Part shown: in pieces, positions 41,900-53,551 of the stretch
Numbering within the stretch: the first letter of the stretch is position 1
Layout: each line of letters starts with the position of its first letter
Assembly: GCA_963810095.1 (NCBI GenBank)
Contig: CAWEMM010000008.1
Location: 32,001 to 96,000 of the forward strand
Reading direction: 5' to 3'
Origin: an uncultured Chloroflexia bacterium
GTDB taxonomy: Bacteria; Chloroflexota; Anaerolineae; CG2-30-64-16
Length of the DNA: 64,000 nucleotides
Position numbers and translations under genes: made by a program
The notes under the pieces: generated by a model
What the model saw: the letters and a program-made list of their open reading frames with translations, nothing else
The model's database searches: none
What the model was told of the DNA's origin: nothing

Positions 41900-42562
41900 C
41901 AGGATCGGCTCGTTGCCTTCGTCGTGAAGCGGTTCTCCGGTCGCGCTTTGCTTGTTGCGGTCTTCGAGTCATCTTGTTGCTCCTCTTCGGCGTGCAGCAT
42001 ACGCGGGGAGCTCGTCCGCGTTCTCTGACTTTTATCGGATATGGGAGGCAAAGTGAGCGAGTCGCAAAACCGACAAAAGTCTTGGAATGCAGCGGCGGGC
42101 GCTACACTGCGTTCAAAAGTCGGGGTGAGGGAGGGTAGTATGGCAACGGGACAGTTGTAGGGACTGGCAATCGAGCGAAGCTGACGCGGCTTGATTGGCT
42201 GAAACGGGGTGGAGCGGCGCTACTAGCGTCGCCGCGGTGCTACTGGTTCAGGTCGTGGCGCTGACGCTCCGGCCGGAGCTTGTCCAGTTCAAACCACTGG
42301 ATTCGTACCCGTACGTGCTCTTCACGGTCATTCCGGCGTTGGGTGCGACGGCGGTCTTTGCCTGGCTGGCGAACGCGGAGGCGACCCGTCGCTAAGTCCT
42401 GCCGATCGGGCGGTCGTTTGCTGCTCAGCTTCATCCCGACTATGCGCTGCCGTTGGCGGGCAAGACGCTGTTGGGGAGCACCGTGGCGCGGGATGCATGC
42501 GGTGGCGGGCATCGTGACGGTGCCACCTCGTTATCAGCTATCGCAAGCAGGTGGGTAGGTAG

Positions 42563-43820
42563 ATGGGACACTCGGGAAAGCCTGAGGTGGTGTGGTCGGT
42601 GCAGGCCCGGCCGGGATGCTCCTGGCCTACCTGCTCGTGACGAACGGCATCTCCGTGCGTGTGCTCGAACGGCATCCGGACTTCAAGCGGGAGTTCCGCG
42701 GGGAAGGCATCCAGCCATCGGTCATGCAGACCCTGGACGAGCTGGGCTTTCTGCCGCACTTGCTTGAGCGAGGGATCGCGGTTTCGGCACACCAGGCGCA
42801 GATCTTCCTCGACGGCCAGCCGGTGGCGACCCTGGACGGCAGCGAGGCGGAGGCGGGGGATTTCGGGCTCATCGTTTTCCAGGAGGGCTTTCTCGAGTTC
42901 CTCCACCAGCAGTGCAGCCAGTACGAACACTACCGGCTGGATATGGGTGTGACGGTGACGGGCATCGTGCGCGAGGATGGCCGGGTGGCGGCGGTCAAGA
43001 GCGCGTGACGCGGGACGGCAAAGAGGCCATTGTCGCAGGGGACTTCTTCGTCACGGCGGCCGGGCGGGGCACCGGCCTGCGCGGCCAGGCCGGGCTCGGC
43101 GCCGAGGTGCTCGAGTCGAGCTTCGATATCTATTGGATGAAGTTCGACCCGGCGGAATTGTTGGGAGGTGACGCCCTCGTCCCGGACGGTTTTCACGCGT
43201 ACCTGCAAGACGAATCCATGTTCATCTTCTACCGGACCTACGACCAGCGCATTCAGGTCGCGTGGGGCAAGCGGGGCTGGAACGCGGCGGGGCTGCGCGA
43301 TCTGGCAGGCCTGAAGACCCAGCTGGTCCGGGAGTCGCCGGCCCGGTTCCGCGCGATGATCGCGCAGCAGTTCTCGGAGCAGACGGAGCGGCAGCTGCTG
43401 AAAGTGGCCTGTGACCGGCTGGATGCGTGGCACGTGCCGGGGATGCTGTTCCTGGGCGACGCGGCGCACACCATGTCGCCGGTCGCGGGCCAGGGCATCA
43501 ACCTGGCAATCCGTGACAGCATCGTGGCTGCGAATCACATGATTCGAGCCCGGGAAGCGGGCAGACCATGGGACAGTGCGATGTGTCAAGCGATCGAGGA
43601 TGAACGGCGACCGGAGGTCGAGGCGATGCAAACGTTCCAGGTGCGGCTGGGGCATCTCATGCTGGGCGCGCCGCGCTTGCAGCGCCGCCTGTTCTTCCGC
43701 TTCGGGCTGCCATTGCTCTCAGCGCTCGGCCTTCGCCAACGGTTCGTGCGCCAGGTCCAGCGAGGCGTGGTGGACCTGCGCGTCGAATACCCTGTACCGC
43801 TACGAGTCGTCGCCGTCTAG
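42563..43820 (+). CDS. FAD-dependent monooxygenase (frameshifted)
   Basis: VGAGPAGM, LERHPDFKREFRGE, LGDAAHTMSPVAGQGINLAIRD. Confidence 0.85.
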
Positions 43821-44502
43821 GCGTCGACGCTAGCCTTCGCTTCCAGCCCCGTGCGGTTGGCGATGCGGATCTGGTGGCGGTCAACCTCGATCAGCCCTTC
43901 AGCGACCAGGGTGCGGAGGGCCCGGTTGAGCACGTCGGGAACGGTGCCCAGCCGGTTGGCCATCTCACCTTGAGTGGCCCACCGACGCCTGGGGACAACA
44001 TCCGTCGTTCGCATTCTCAACCAGCAGCCGCGCCAGCCGGGCCGTGACGGTGCGCAGCGACAGGTCTTCCACTAACGAAAGTAGTTGCAGCGCGCGGCCG
44101 GCCAGGGTTTGGACCACCAGCGTGGCGAAAGCTGGCTGCTCGAGCAGCCCCAGCACGGCAGCTGCGGGGATGAACCAGACCTGCGCCAGTTCGAGCGCTA
44201 CGACAGTGGACGCATTCGGCCTGCCGGCAAACATGGTGAAGTCGCCGAACACCTCGCCCGGGCCGACGACTCGCAGCGTCTGTTCTCGTCCGGAAGGCGA
44301 CGACTTGAGGGACCGCAGCCAACCGCTCTCGACCACGTGCATGCCCGTGCACGGTTCTCCCTCGAGGAGGACGATCTGGCCGGCCTCGTAACGCCTTGGG
44401 ACGGCAGTGCCGGCAAGGATCGAGCAATTGGGCCTGGTCGAGCCCGGCGAAATAGGGAACTTGCGACAGAAGGTGGACTGGCATGCCCATCGTCATGTGC
44501 AT
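43817..44502 (-). CDS. Crp/Fnr family regulator (multiple frameshifts)
   Basis: LLSQVPYFAGL, SPSGREQTL, LVEDLSLRTVTARLA, TQGEMANRLGTVPDVLNRAL, spread over several frames. Confidence 0.8.
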
Positions 44503-44804
44503 TTTCCTGACTGTGACGGGCCAATCTCGCCCGCACAAACTCAAGCGACGCCGAAGTTGCTGAGAATTATGTCATGTCTAAGAAGTCCTTCGCGCCGCTA
44601 ACGCTAGTGTTCGGGAAGTGGGGGCCGATCCGCAGCTTGGAGGTCCGGCCTCCCCGACCAGGCGCTTTCAGGGGCAATCGTGCGATCCTCAACCTTGCGT
44701 CGGTGCGCACAAGTCCGCAAACGCCGGAGCGTCTGCCTGCGCCTTGTGCCGAAGTGTGCGTGAACCTGAGTCGTCGGTGATAGCCGCAACCTCCGGTAGT
44801 GGAG

Positions 44805-45065
44805 TCATGCCCCGGTCCAAGCCGTTGCGCTCGTTTTGGCGGACGTTAGGGCCTCCGGCCAGAACACGAAGTACGCGATCGGCCCGGCGAAGCTGACGGA
44901 CGCGGCCAGGGTCCAGAGCCGCCTGTCGCCTCTGATCCTGTCTGCCGGGCGATGCCAGATATCCCAGAGTGCCATGGTCAACAGCTTGAGCTGCACGGCT
45001 GCCGCGATCTTGATCGCATTCCGTTGCCTCTCCGTCAAATCGTTCCACGTTTTTCGCTGCGTCAT
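44805..45065 (-). CDS. Small membrane protein (PLDc N-terminal-like)
   Basis: ALWDIWHRPADRIRGDRRLW..GPIAYFVF. Confidence 0.6.
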   Translation of the reverse strand: MTQRKTWNDLTERQRNAIKIAAAVQLKLLTMALWDIWHRPADRIRGDRRLWTLAASVSFAGPIAYFVFWPEALTSAKTSATAWTGA

Positions 45066-45412
45066 GGTAAGTCCCCTTTAGCAAGTCCGTCCGTAGGTTC
45101 GCCCAGGTCGTCGCGAATCAGCCCCCGCGGCCGGATGCCGACGCGCCAGGCCGCGGCGGCGAGCGCATGCGATGCGGTCGGGGCGCCGAGAATCAGCAGC
45201 AGGATCAGAACCGCGGCCTTCCCCGCGCCCAGCGGCGTCAGCAACGTCGCCGCGACGAGCAGCAGGACGACGCCAAACACGCTCACCTTGCCTGTCGCAT
45301 GCAGCCGCGTGTAGACGTCGGGCAGGCGGATAAACCCGATCACGCCGACCAGGGAGAAAGCAGTTCCGACGAGGACGGCCAGGATGGCCAGCACGAGCCA
45401 GATCTCTTCCAT
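45062..45412 (-). CDS. mnhG: Mrp/Mnh antiporter subunit G
   Basis: RLPDVYTRLHATGK..APTASHAL. Confidence 0.92.
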   Translation of the reverse strand: MEEIWLVLAILAVLVGTAFSLVGVIGFIRLPDVYTRLHATGKVSVFGVVLLLVAATLLTPLGAGKAAVLILLLILGAPTASHALAAAAWRVGIRPRGLIRDDLGEPTDGLAKGDLP

Positions 45413-45691
45413 CTAGAACATCCTCTCATCGGCCACGTATTTCGCCAGCGCGATCGCGCCGACGAAGCCCAGCGCAGCCAGGCCCAGCGCCACGTCGATG
45501 TACAACGCGTTCCGTTCGATCACGGCGATCAGAACCAGGATCGCCAGCATGAGCGTCGTGACCAGGTCAGCGCCAATCAGGCGGTCGATGAGGTTTTCTC
45601 CGCGCCAGACGCGATAGACGCTAACGGCAATCAGCGCCACGTGGATGCCCAACGAGATGCTCAGGACGAACGCCAGGACCTGCTCGAGCAT
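45413..45691 (-). CDS. mnhF: Mrp/Mnh antiporter subunit F
   Basis: DRLIGADL..YIDVAL..LGFVGAIALAKY. Confidence 0.9.
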   Translation of the reverse strand: MLEQVLAFVLSISLGIHVALIAVSVYRVWRGENLIDRLIGADLVTTLMLAILVLIAVIERNALYIDVALGLAALGFVGAIALAKYVADERMF

Positions 45692-45708
45692 GCGCGAACA
45701 CGTCGCTC

Positions 45709-46192
45709 CTACTCCAGAATGTGGCTCAAGCAGCCGCCTGCGCAAGGAGTGCGCCGCGGCGATGGTCTCCTCCGCGTGCGACGCGTCCAGGCAGTGGACA
45801 TAGAGCGTCGCCCTCGTCGTCGACGCCGACCACCAGCTCGCCCGGCGTCACTGAGAGGGCATGGCTGCTGAGCGCGACGCCGAGCTCGCTCTCGCACTCG
45901 GAGGGTATCGCGAGGATGCCGGGCCGGATCGGGAGCCGGGGATTGAGGACGATGGCCGCCACGCCGATACCGCTGCGCACGATATCCAAGGCGAGCAAAC
46001 CGGCATAGCGGGCCAGCGCCCACAACGCCACCGGCAGGCGCCGCAGTCCTCACCGGGGAGCTTGCCGGTCGCAGGAGGAACGCAACGAACGCGGCAATCA
46101 GAAGCCCAACGAACACGTTGTTCCATGCCAGGTTGCCTGACAGCGCCAGGTAGATGGCCGTCACGACTCAGGATCGTCCAGACGTAGCCCAC
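45709..46192 (-). CDS. mnhE: Mrp/Mnh antiporter subunit E (frameshifted)
   Basis: PIRPGILAIP..SVTPGELVV. Confidence 0.85.
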
Positions 46193-46200
46193 CTCTCCCC

Positions 46201-47683
46201 CTATCCGCCCAACACGGCCGCGATATACGATGCGGGCGAGAGCAGCGACGCGCTCACCGCCAGCGACAGGCGCAGCAGTGGCTCGGCCCACAGCCCCAGG
46301 AGCACGCACAGCCCGATCAACAGGGCCGGCGCGACGAGATGATCGCCCGCCGGCTTGGCCTTGTGCCCTTCGGGGAGCGGCTCCCACCAGATGAGCTGGA
46401 AGGCGCGGATCACATACAGCAACGTCAGGATGCCGCCCACGCCGACCAGGAAGACGGCCACGAAGTGCTCGGCCGAGATGCCGCTGCCGAAAACGAGCAG
46501 CTTGCTCACGAAGCCATTCATCGGCGGTATGCCGGCGAGCGCCAGCCCGCCGAGCAGGAACAGGCCGCCGGCAAAGGGCGCGGCCTTCCCAACGCCCGTA
46601 AGTGCGGAAAAGGCGGCCGACTTCGGCGACGCCCGGCTCGCCATCGCGCCGGCCAGCATCAGCATGCCGGCCTTCACGAGGCTGTGATTGACAGTGAAGA
46701 CGATGGCAGCCGTGATCGCGAGCGGCGAGCCCCAGCCGATCGCGACCAGGATGTAGCCGACCTGCGCCAGGGTCGAGTACGCCAGCATCCGCTTGGCGTT
46801 AGTCGCGCCCAGGGCCGTCAGCCCGCCGAAGAGCACGCCGGCCACGCCGAGCACAATCAGCAAGGGCCGCAGCGGGAAAAGCCCTTCCGGGAGCAGCAGC
46901 GTGGTCATGCGCAGGAAGCCGTAGACGCCGACCTTCACGACGACGGAAGAGAGCATGGCGCTGACGGCGGTCGGCGCGGCCGTATGGAAGTCGGGCTGCC
47001 AGAAGTGGAAGGGCACGACCGCGCTCTTGATCATGAAGAAGGCGGTCATGAGCGCCACGGCCGCGGGCAGGAGCGGCGCCGCGGGCTGGGCCGCGATGCG
47101 GCGAGCAAGGTCGGCCAGGTTGAGCGTGCCGTACGACGCGTACAGGCTGCCGGCACGCGAGCAGGAGCAAGACGCCGGCGACCAGGCTCATGTAGAAATA
47201 CTTGTAGGCGGCTTCCACGCCCAGCCGGTCATCGGCCAGGGCCGTCAGACCTGCGCCGGAGATGACAAGGAGCTCGGAGAAGACGAAGATATTGAACAGG
47301 TCGCCGGTGAGCATGACGCCGGTGAGACCCGCACAGAGGGTCAGGAACAGCGGGTAGAACGCCGGGTAACGGATGCACTGGTCGCCTGCGCCGAGGCTGT
47401 AGATGATGCCGGCGACGATCACGGCCTGCGACATGACGGCCATGGTCGCGCCCAGCAGATCGGCCGCGAAAGTGATGCCGTACGGCGCGGGCCAAGTCCC
47501 GAGCTGATAAACGACCGGCCGGCCCTGAGCGCCACACCTCGGCCAACAGCGACGACTGGCTGACGCGCAGGACACCAGTGCGGCGGCGAGCGCCCAGTAG
47601 CCGGCGCCGCGGCCCAGCCGGCGGGCGGCGAGCGCCAGCACCGCGCCGAAGAGCGGGATCAGGACCGGCAAGAGGACGAGCAT
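46201..47683 (-). CDS. mnhD: Mrp/Mnh antiporter subunit D (frameshifted)
   Basis: TGDLFNIFVFSE, KSAVVPFHFWQPD, KRMLAYST, LAGIPPMNGFVSK. Confidence 0.9.
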
Positions 47684-47684
47684 C

Positions 47685-48017
47685 TCAACCCTTCATCCCC
47701 GCGACCTCGTCGGAGTCGCTCGTGCGGTAGCGGATCGTGATCACGTAAACCAGGGCCAGGATGAAGGAGAAGGCCGCCATGCTGATCACGATGGCGGTCA
47801 GGATGAGCGCCTGCGGCAGCGCGTCGCTGCGTTGCCCGGTCGCCGTCGCGTACGCGGGAATGAGCCCCTGGTAGGCGCCGGTTGCGAGCAGGAACAGGTT
47901 GACCGCGTTGGACAGCGCCATGACGCCGATGGCCGAGCGCAGCACGTTGCGGCGGAGCAGCTGGAATACGCCGATGCCAAAGAGCGCGCCGATCGCCAGC
48001 GCCTTCAATAGATCCAT
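47685..48017 (-). CDS. mnhC: Mrp/Mnh antiporter subunit C
   Basis: SNAVNLFLL..DALPQALILTAIVI. Confidence 0.92.
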   Translation of the reverse strand: MDLLKALAIGALFGIGVFQLLRRNVLRSAIGVMALSNAVNLFLLATGAYQGLIPAYATATGQRSDALPQALILTAIVISMAAFSFILALVYVITIRYRTSDSDEVAGMKG

Positions 48018-48022
48018 CTTGC

Positions 48023-50917
48023 CTACTGCTCCATTTCCACCGGCCGGTCCTTCGGATGGCCGATCGCTTCCAGGATGAACGAGACGCCGCCGAGCACGGC
48101 GGCGAAAATGGCGACCTCGAAGACGAACGACGTGCTCAGATGGAAGCCCGCGGGCAGGACCAGGCCGGCGGCTTTCCCGTAGTCGAACTGGGCGAAGAAC
48201 TCGTCGGCGAGAAACGCAGCCAGCGTGCCGTTCACCAGCGCGATGAGCAGGCCGCCGACTATCATGCGGGCGGGGCGCAGCCACCAGAGCTGGCGCTGGG
48301 TCTCGGCATACCCGAAGACGACGTACCAGAACGAGACGGCCAGCCCGACGATGACAGCCGCGGTAAACCCGTCGCCGCCCTGGTTATGGCCGTACATCAT
48401 CTGGACCGCGGCGAGGACCAGGCTGAGCGGCAGCAACGCATAGCCCAACACCCGCACAAGCGGCGAGGTCCGGCCGCCCGAAATGCCCAGGATACGCGGG
48501 ACATCGCTCCGGGCGTCGTTGCGAACCTCGTCCGGGCGCAAGACATGTGCCGGCATCCAGGGCTTGTGCGCCGCATAGCGCAGCAGGGTGTACACGGCCA
48601 GCCCGGCCATGGCGAATACGGCGATCTCGATGAGCGTGTCGAAGCCGCGAAAGTCGATCACGACGGCGCCCACGATGTCGGCCGCGCCGACGGCCGGCTT
48701 GGCGTTGGCCTCGTAGTAGGGCGTCACGGCCGACGGCCGCGGGCGCGAGGCGAGCGCAACGAGCGCCAGCGACGCGACGAGCAACCCGGCGCCCGTGGCG
48801 ATCGACGGCATCGCGGATCAGGCCGGGCCGGCTCTGCGCGAAGGTGAACTCAGAGGCCCGCTCGCGCTCGGCACGCGGCAGGTTGCTCAAAGTGAGCGTC
48901 AGGATCACGACGCTGAGCAGGTCGACAACCACCTGCACGAGCGCAACGTCGGGCGCAGGCTCGAGGGCGATGATCACCGCGACGGCAAGCCCGGACGCAC
49001 CAAGCGCCAGGATCGCGGGAAAATCACGGCGCAGGAAGACGCTGAGCAGCGCGGCGCCGGCGGCGAGCAACAGGGTGAACAGCCGCAGAATCGCCAACTC
49101 GTCCGTCAGGTCCAGGGGCGCAAGCTGAGTGGGCAGCGGCACGCCGCCGAACAGCACCACCAGCGCCAGTACGCCGGCAATGATCACGAAGAGGTACCGG
49201 CGGAGCTGGCCGCTCTGCGTACGGGTCGCGAGCGCACCCGCCGCGTCGAGCCCGGCGATCACGCCGTCGTAGACCTGGTTGAAAGAGAAACGGCCGCTGA
49301 GCGAGCTGGCAGCGAGGCGGGCGCGCAGGGGGTCGCGGAAGATGAACAGCAGCGCGCCGATGCTGATGGCGATCGGCGCTCAGAATCAAGGGCGGGTTAA
49401 TACCGGTCCAGAAGGCCAGCGAGACCTTGACCGGCGCGCCGTATGCGGCGCCCGCCGCAGCGGCCAGAAAGCCGGCCAGGAAGGCAGGCTCGGGCCCGAT
49501 GCCGACGAGCAACGAGAGCAGCGCGGGGATCGCGGGCGTCGCGATCATCGGCCAGGGCGCCTCGTGGCCGCGCACGGACGGATCACGCGGGCGGCCGAAG
49601 AACGTATCCCACACGAACAGGCCGGCCTGCGCGAGCAAGAGCGCGCCGGCGGCCACTGCCGCGGCCGGAAAGAGCAAGTTGAGCGCGGCGGGGACCGCAG
49701 GATGGATCACCGTGGCGAGCAGGGTCTCCTTGGCCAGGAAGCCGAAGAGGGGCGGCAGGCCGGCCATCGAGAGCCCGGCGATGATGCGCAACCTCGGCCG
49801 TTACGGGCATCCACCGGCGCAACCCGCCCAGCCGCCGGAGATCGCGGGTGTGGGCCTCGTGATCGACGCTCCCGGTGACGAGAAAGAGCGCGCTCTTGTA
49901 GAGCGCGTGGGCGAGGACTGCGATGACCAGGGCCTTGAACGCGATGTCCGTATCCTGGCCGATCAGCATCACCATGGCGCCCAGTTGGCTGATCGTCGAG
50001 TATGCCAGGAGGCCCTTGAGATCGTTCTGCCGGAAGCCCTGGTACGCGCCGAGCAGCATCGTGACCAGGCCGACGAGGCTGAGCGTCCAGAACCAGGCAT
50101 CGGTTTGACCGATTGCCGGGTTCATCCGGGCGAGCAGGTAAATGCCGGCCTTCACCATGGTGGCCGAGTGCAGATAGGCGCTCGCGGGCGTCGGCGCGGA
50201 CATCGCTTCGGGCAGCCAGATGTGCGCCGGGAACTGCGCGCTCTTGGTGAAGGCGGCAAAGGCAAACAACCCGAAGACGGGGAGATACCACGGGCTGCTG
50301 CGCAGCAGGGCGCCACTGGATAGGACGGTCTGGAAATCGACTCCGCCGGCGATCGAACCGACCCAGACCACGCCCGCCAGGAGCGCGATCCCCCCGCCGC
50401 CCGTGATGAAGAGCGACTTCATGGCGGCTGCCCGCGCTTTCGGGTCCTTCTGCTTGTACCCGATGAGCAGGAAAGAGGTGATGCTCGTGCACTCCCAGCA
50501 GAACCAGAGGGTCACGAGGTCGCCGGCCAGCACGAGGCCGAGCATGGCCGCCATAAACAGGAACAGGTACGCGTAGAAGCGCGGCGCCGAGGGGTCGTCC
50601 GCGAGATAGTAGCCGGCATAGATGACGACAAGGGCGCCAATGCCGGTGACCAGGAGCGCAAACAGCCCGGCCAGGCCATCGAGGTAGAACGAGACGCTGA
50701 GGCCGAGCGACGGCATCCACGGGAGGGCCAGCGTCTCAGGGGGCGCGCCTTTTGCGGGAATGAGGGACAGCAGCAGTATGAAGGCGAGGGCTGGCAGCAA
50801 GGCCAGGACCCAGCCGGCCACTCGGGGCGAGACGCGGCCGAACCACGCACGCCAGGCAACTGCAACGAGTGCGCCGGCGAGGCAGAGCAGTAGCGGGACC
50901 AGCAGCGTGACGTCCAT
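48023..50917 (-). CDS. mnhA: Mrp/Mnh antiporter subunit A (A+B fused; frameshifted)
   Basis: TKSAQFPAHIWLPEAMSAPTPASAYLHSATMVKAG, APDVALVQ, DFRGFDTLIE, GHNQGGDGF. Confidence 0.9.
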
Positions 50918-51019
50918 GGGAAGTGAGCGGCGCCCAACTCAACTGCGCTATTCTAGCACGGCTGGCTGGCGAACGCGGGCCGGATAGCCGCCGTGTCGTC
51001 GAAGGGCGGCACCGCGGCG

Positions 51020-51469
51020 CTATTCGTCCCTGGCCAGCAGGCGAATGATATCTGCCCGGGTGATGATGCCGACCAGGCGCCCGGCCTGCAACACCAGGAC
51101 CCTCCCGATATCGTGCCTGGCCATCTCCCAGGCGACATGCCCGATCGAGTCGTCTGCACCAACCGTCACGGGATTTCTGCCCATGATATCGGCCGCCGTA
51201 TGATGGCGAGCGGCAGCATAGATGTCTGCGAGCCGCTCAGGCTGGACCCATTCGGCAAAGAGCTTCGGCATCTTTACAGCTGAAAATGGCATCCCCTTCT
51301 GCTTCAGGAACAAGTCGTTTTCAGTCACGATCCCAAGGACACGTCCTTCCCCGTCAGTCACCGGCACGCCGCCAATCTTGCGCTCGGTCAGGAGCCTGGC
51401 GATTTCGGCGACTGTCGTTTCAGGTCGTACGGTGACTGGGTTGGCGGTCATGATCTCACTAGCTTTCAT
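51020..51469 (-). CDS. CBS domain protein
   Basis: IMTANPVTV..GGVPV..LGIVTENDL; second CBS LVGIITRADI. Confidence 0.9.
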   Translation of the reverse strand: MKASEIMTANPVTVRPETTVAEIARLLTERKIGGVPVTDGEGRVLGIVTENDLFLKQKGMPFSAVKMPKLFAEWVQPERLADIYAAARHHTAADIMGRNPVTVGADDSIGHVAWEMARHDIGRVLVLQAGRLVGIITRADIIRLLARDE

Positions 51470-51511
51470 CTTGCTGACTCCGTCGATATTGTTCAAATCT
51501 GTCTGAAGGGG

Positions 51512-51877
51512 TCACGTGGCGTAGTTCTTCCGGTTCTCGCCGCGCACCTTCAGGACAGGGACCGCGAACATGAAGCCCGAGTTAGGGCGGTCCAGGTCAC
51601 CCAGGATCGCCTCCGTTGCGTGGAAGAAAGCATCGAGGTCGACGCGGTCTGGCAGCACGGTGAACAGACTGCGATGGTGCAATTCCTCGCGCTCGAGCAG
51701 GCTGCGCAGACCCGGGAACAGCGGCAAGTCGTCGCGCAGCGCGTTCTGGGCCAGGTACTGGCCGGCGCCGCTGCTTTCGAGGATGGTAATGCCGCCTGCG
51801 CCGGCAGCGTGCCAGCCGTTGATGATATCGTTCAGGCGGTCAGGGTCGAGCAACACGAGCCATACCATTGTTGACAT
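51512..51877 (-). CDS. PII-like small protein
   Basis: GAGGITILESSG..GDLDRPNSGFMFAVPVLKVRG. Confidence 0.7.
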   Translation of the reverse strand: MSTMVWLVLLDPDRLNDIINGWHAAGAGGITILESSGAGQYLAQNALRDDLPLFPGLRSLLEREELHHRSLFTVLPDRVDLDAFFHATEAILGDLDRPNSGFMFAVPVLKVRGENRKNYAT

Positions 51878-51890
51878 GCGAAGTTCACTC

Positions 51891-53115
51891 CTATGCACCA
51901 TTTGAGGCTTGGGGCGCCGGCGCGGCGGGCTTGCGTGCGAAGACGACGCGGAGCAGGATCGGCGTCACAAGCGTGGTGACGAGCACCATGATCACGGCGA
52001 TGGAAATCAGGTCCGGGGGCACGACGCCGTTGATGACGAGCAACTGCGCCACGATCAAGCCGACCTCGCCACGCGAGATCATGCCGACGCCCAGCCTTAA
52101 CGACTCTGCCGCGGGAGAAGCCCCCCAGGAGGGCGCCAGCCCCGCTGCCGAGAACCTTCGAGATCACTGCCACGACCGTGAGGAGCGCTGTCAGGAGCAC
52201 CAGTTCGCCGCGAAGCGCCCAGATGTCAACCTGCAGGCCAATGTTCACGAAGAAGATCGGCACGAAGAAGCCATACGCGAGCGCACTGATGCCCTCCTCG
52301 ATCCGACGGTGCGACCGCGCGCGTCCGGCAAGGATGCCGGCAAGAAATGAACCGGTGATCATGGCGACGTGGCCCACCACCTCGGCCGACCAAGCGAAAA
52401 GCATCGCGACTACCGCTGCCGTAGCCAGCAGTCCCTGGCTGATCGGCAGGTGATCCACCCGATTAAGCAAACGCGGGACCAGGATCCAACCCAGCCCGCC
52501 GAAGAGGGCGACATAGAGCACCACCCGGCCCAACAGGACGGCGATATCAGCCGGGCTTGAGCCACCGCCCGTTGCGATGGCGAGAAATATCGAAAGGAGC
52601 AGTATGACGAGGACATCATCGACTACCGCCGCCCCGAGCAGCGCAACACCTTCGCGGCTGCGCAACACGCCGAGCTCGAGCAGGGTCTGCGCCGAAATGC
52701 TGACGCTCGTTGCGGTGAGGAGCATCCCAATGGCGATCGCCTGGGTCGTCTCATAGCCGAATGGAAGCGCCACGCCCGCGCCCATGACCAGGGGTACGAT
52801 GACGCCAAGAAGGCCCGCAAGGATGACCACTTTCCCGGCCTTGCGCATCTGGCTCAGGTCGGCCTCGAGGCCGGCCAGGAACATGAGCAAGATGACGCCA
52901 AGCTCCGCTAGCTCGGTGATCGTCTCGGGCAGCTGCTCACTGGTGAGGAATGGCAGCGCCTGGATGTTCATGAGCGAGGGGCCCAACAGCAAGCCGGCCA
53001 GGATCTCACCGAGCACGGCCGGCTGGCGAAAGCGCGTGCTGAGGTAGCCCGCAGCCTTGGCAACGGCGATCAGGACACTCAGCTCAAACAGGAGCTGTAA
53101 GACTGGCGACAACAC
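51891..53115 (-). CDS. Cation:proton antiporter (CPA2), frameshift near 52110
   Basis: QPAVLGEILAG, ATSVSISAQTL, AAVVDDV, MISRGEVGL. Confidence 0.9.
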
Positions 53116-53121
53116 AACCTC

Positions 53122-53523
53122 CTACTCACTCGCTTGCCATATCTCGGCCAACCAATCGAAGATCACCCGGTTCAGCAGCTACAGATTGTCGACCTGGCAG
53201 TGCGCTGCTCCGCCGATTTCCTCAGTGAGGATAGCCAGCCGCTTGCGCGGGTTCGGCAGGCGCTCGTACGTCTGCCGCGTCTGCTCCAGCGTCGCCTGCG
53301 CCTCGCTTTCGCCCGCGATGCGGCGGGTCAGGGCCGGCCGGGGAGCCTGCCAGCTCACGGCGTCGCCGTCTCCGATTCGCTCGGCCGCTTGATAGCACAC
53401 TCACGCGTCGCTGCCGCAGACGGCCTGCCGGCCCAGGATCCACGAGAAGTAGTAATCCATATCCTTGTGCTCGAAGCGGTATTTCTCCGCGCTGCGCCGC
53501 GCAACTGGCTGTGCGTCGGTCAT
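53122..53523 (-). pseudogene. Internally deleted alpha/beta-hydrolase remnant with two in-frame stops
   Basis: One frame: DMDYYFSWILG..GSDA-TGA(53403)-VCYQAAERIGDGD...GAAHCQVDNL-TAG(53181)-LLNRVIFDWL; family assignment from recalled motifs. Confidence 0.55.
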
Positions 53524-53551
53524 AACTCACCTCGTCTGACCGGCCGGCGGG

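Noticed and set aside
42140-42560. Small membrane protein upstream of the FAD monooxygenase
   Set aside because: Hydrophobic fragments appear in several frames, but the region is too disrupted to define coordinates or family.
53401-53403. In-frame TGA (and TAG at 53181) as selenocysteine/pyrrolysine recoding
   Set aside because: Not in a redox motif, and the gene is also internally deleted; nonsense mutations are the simpler explanation.
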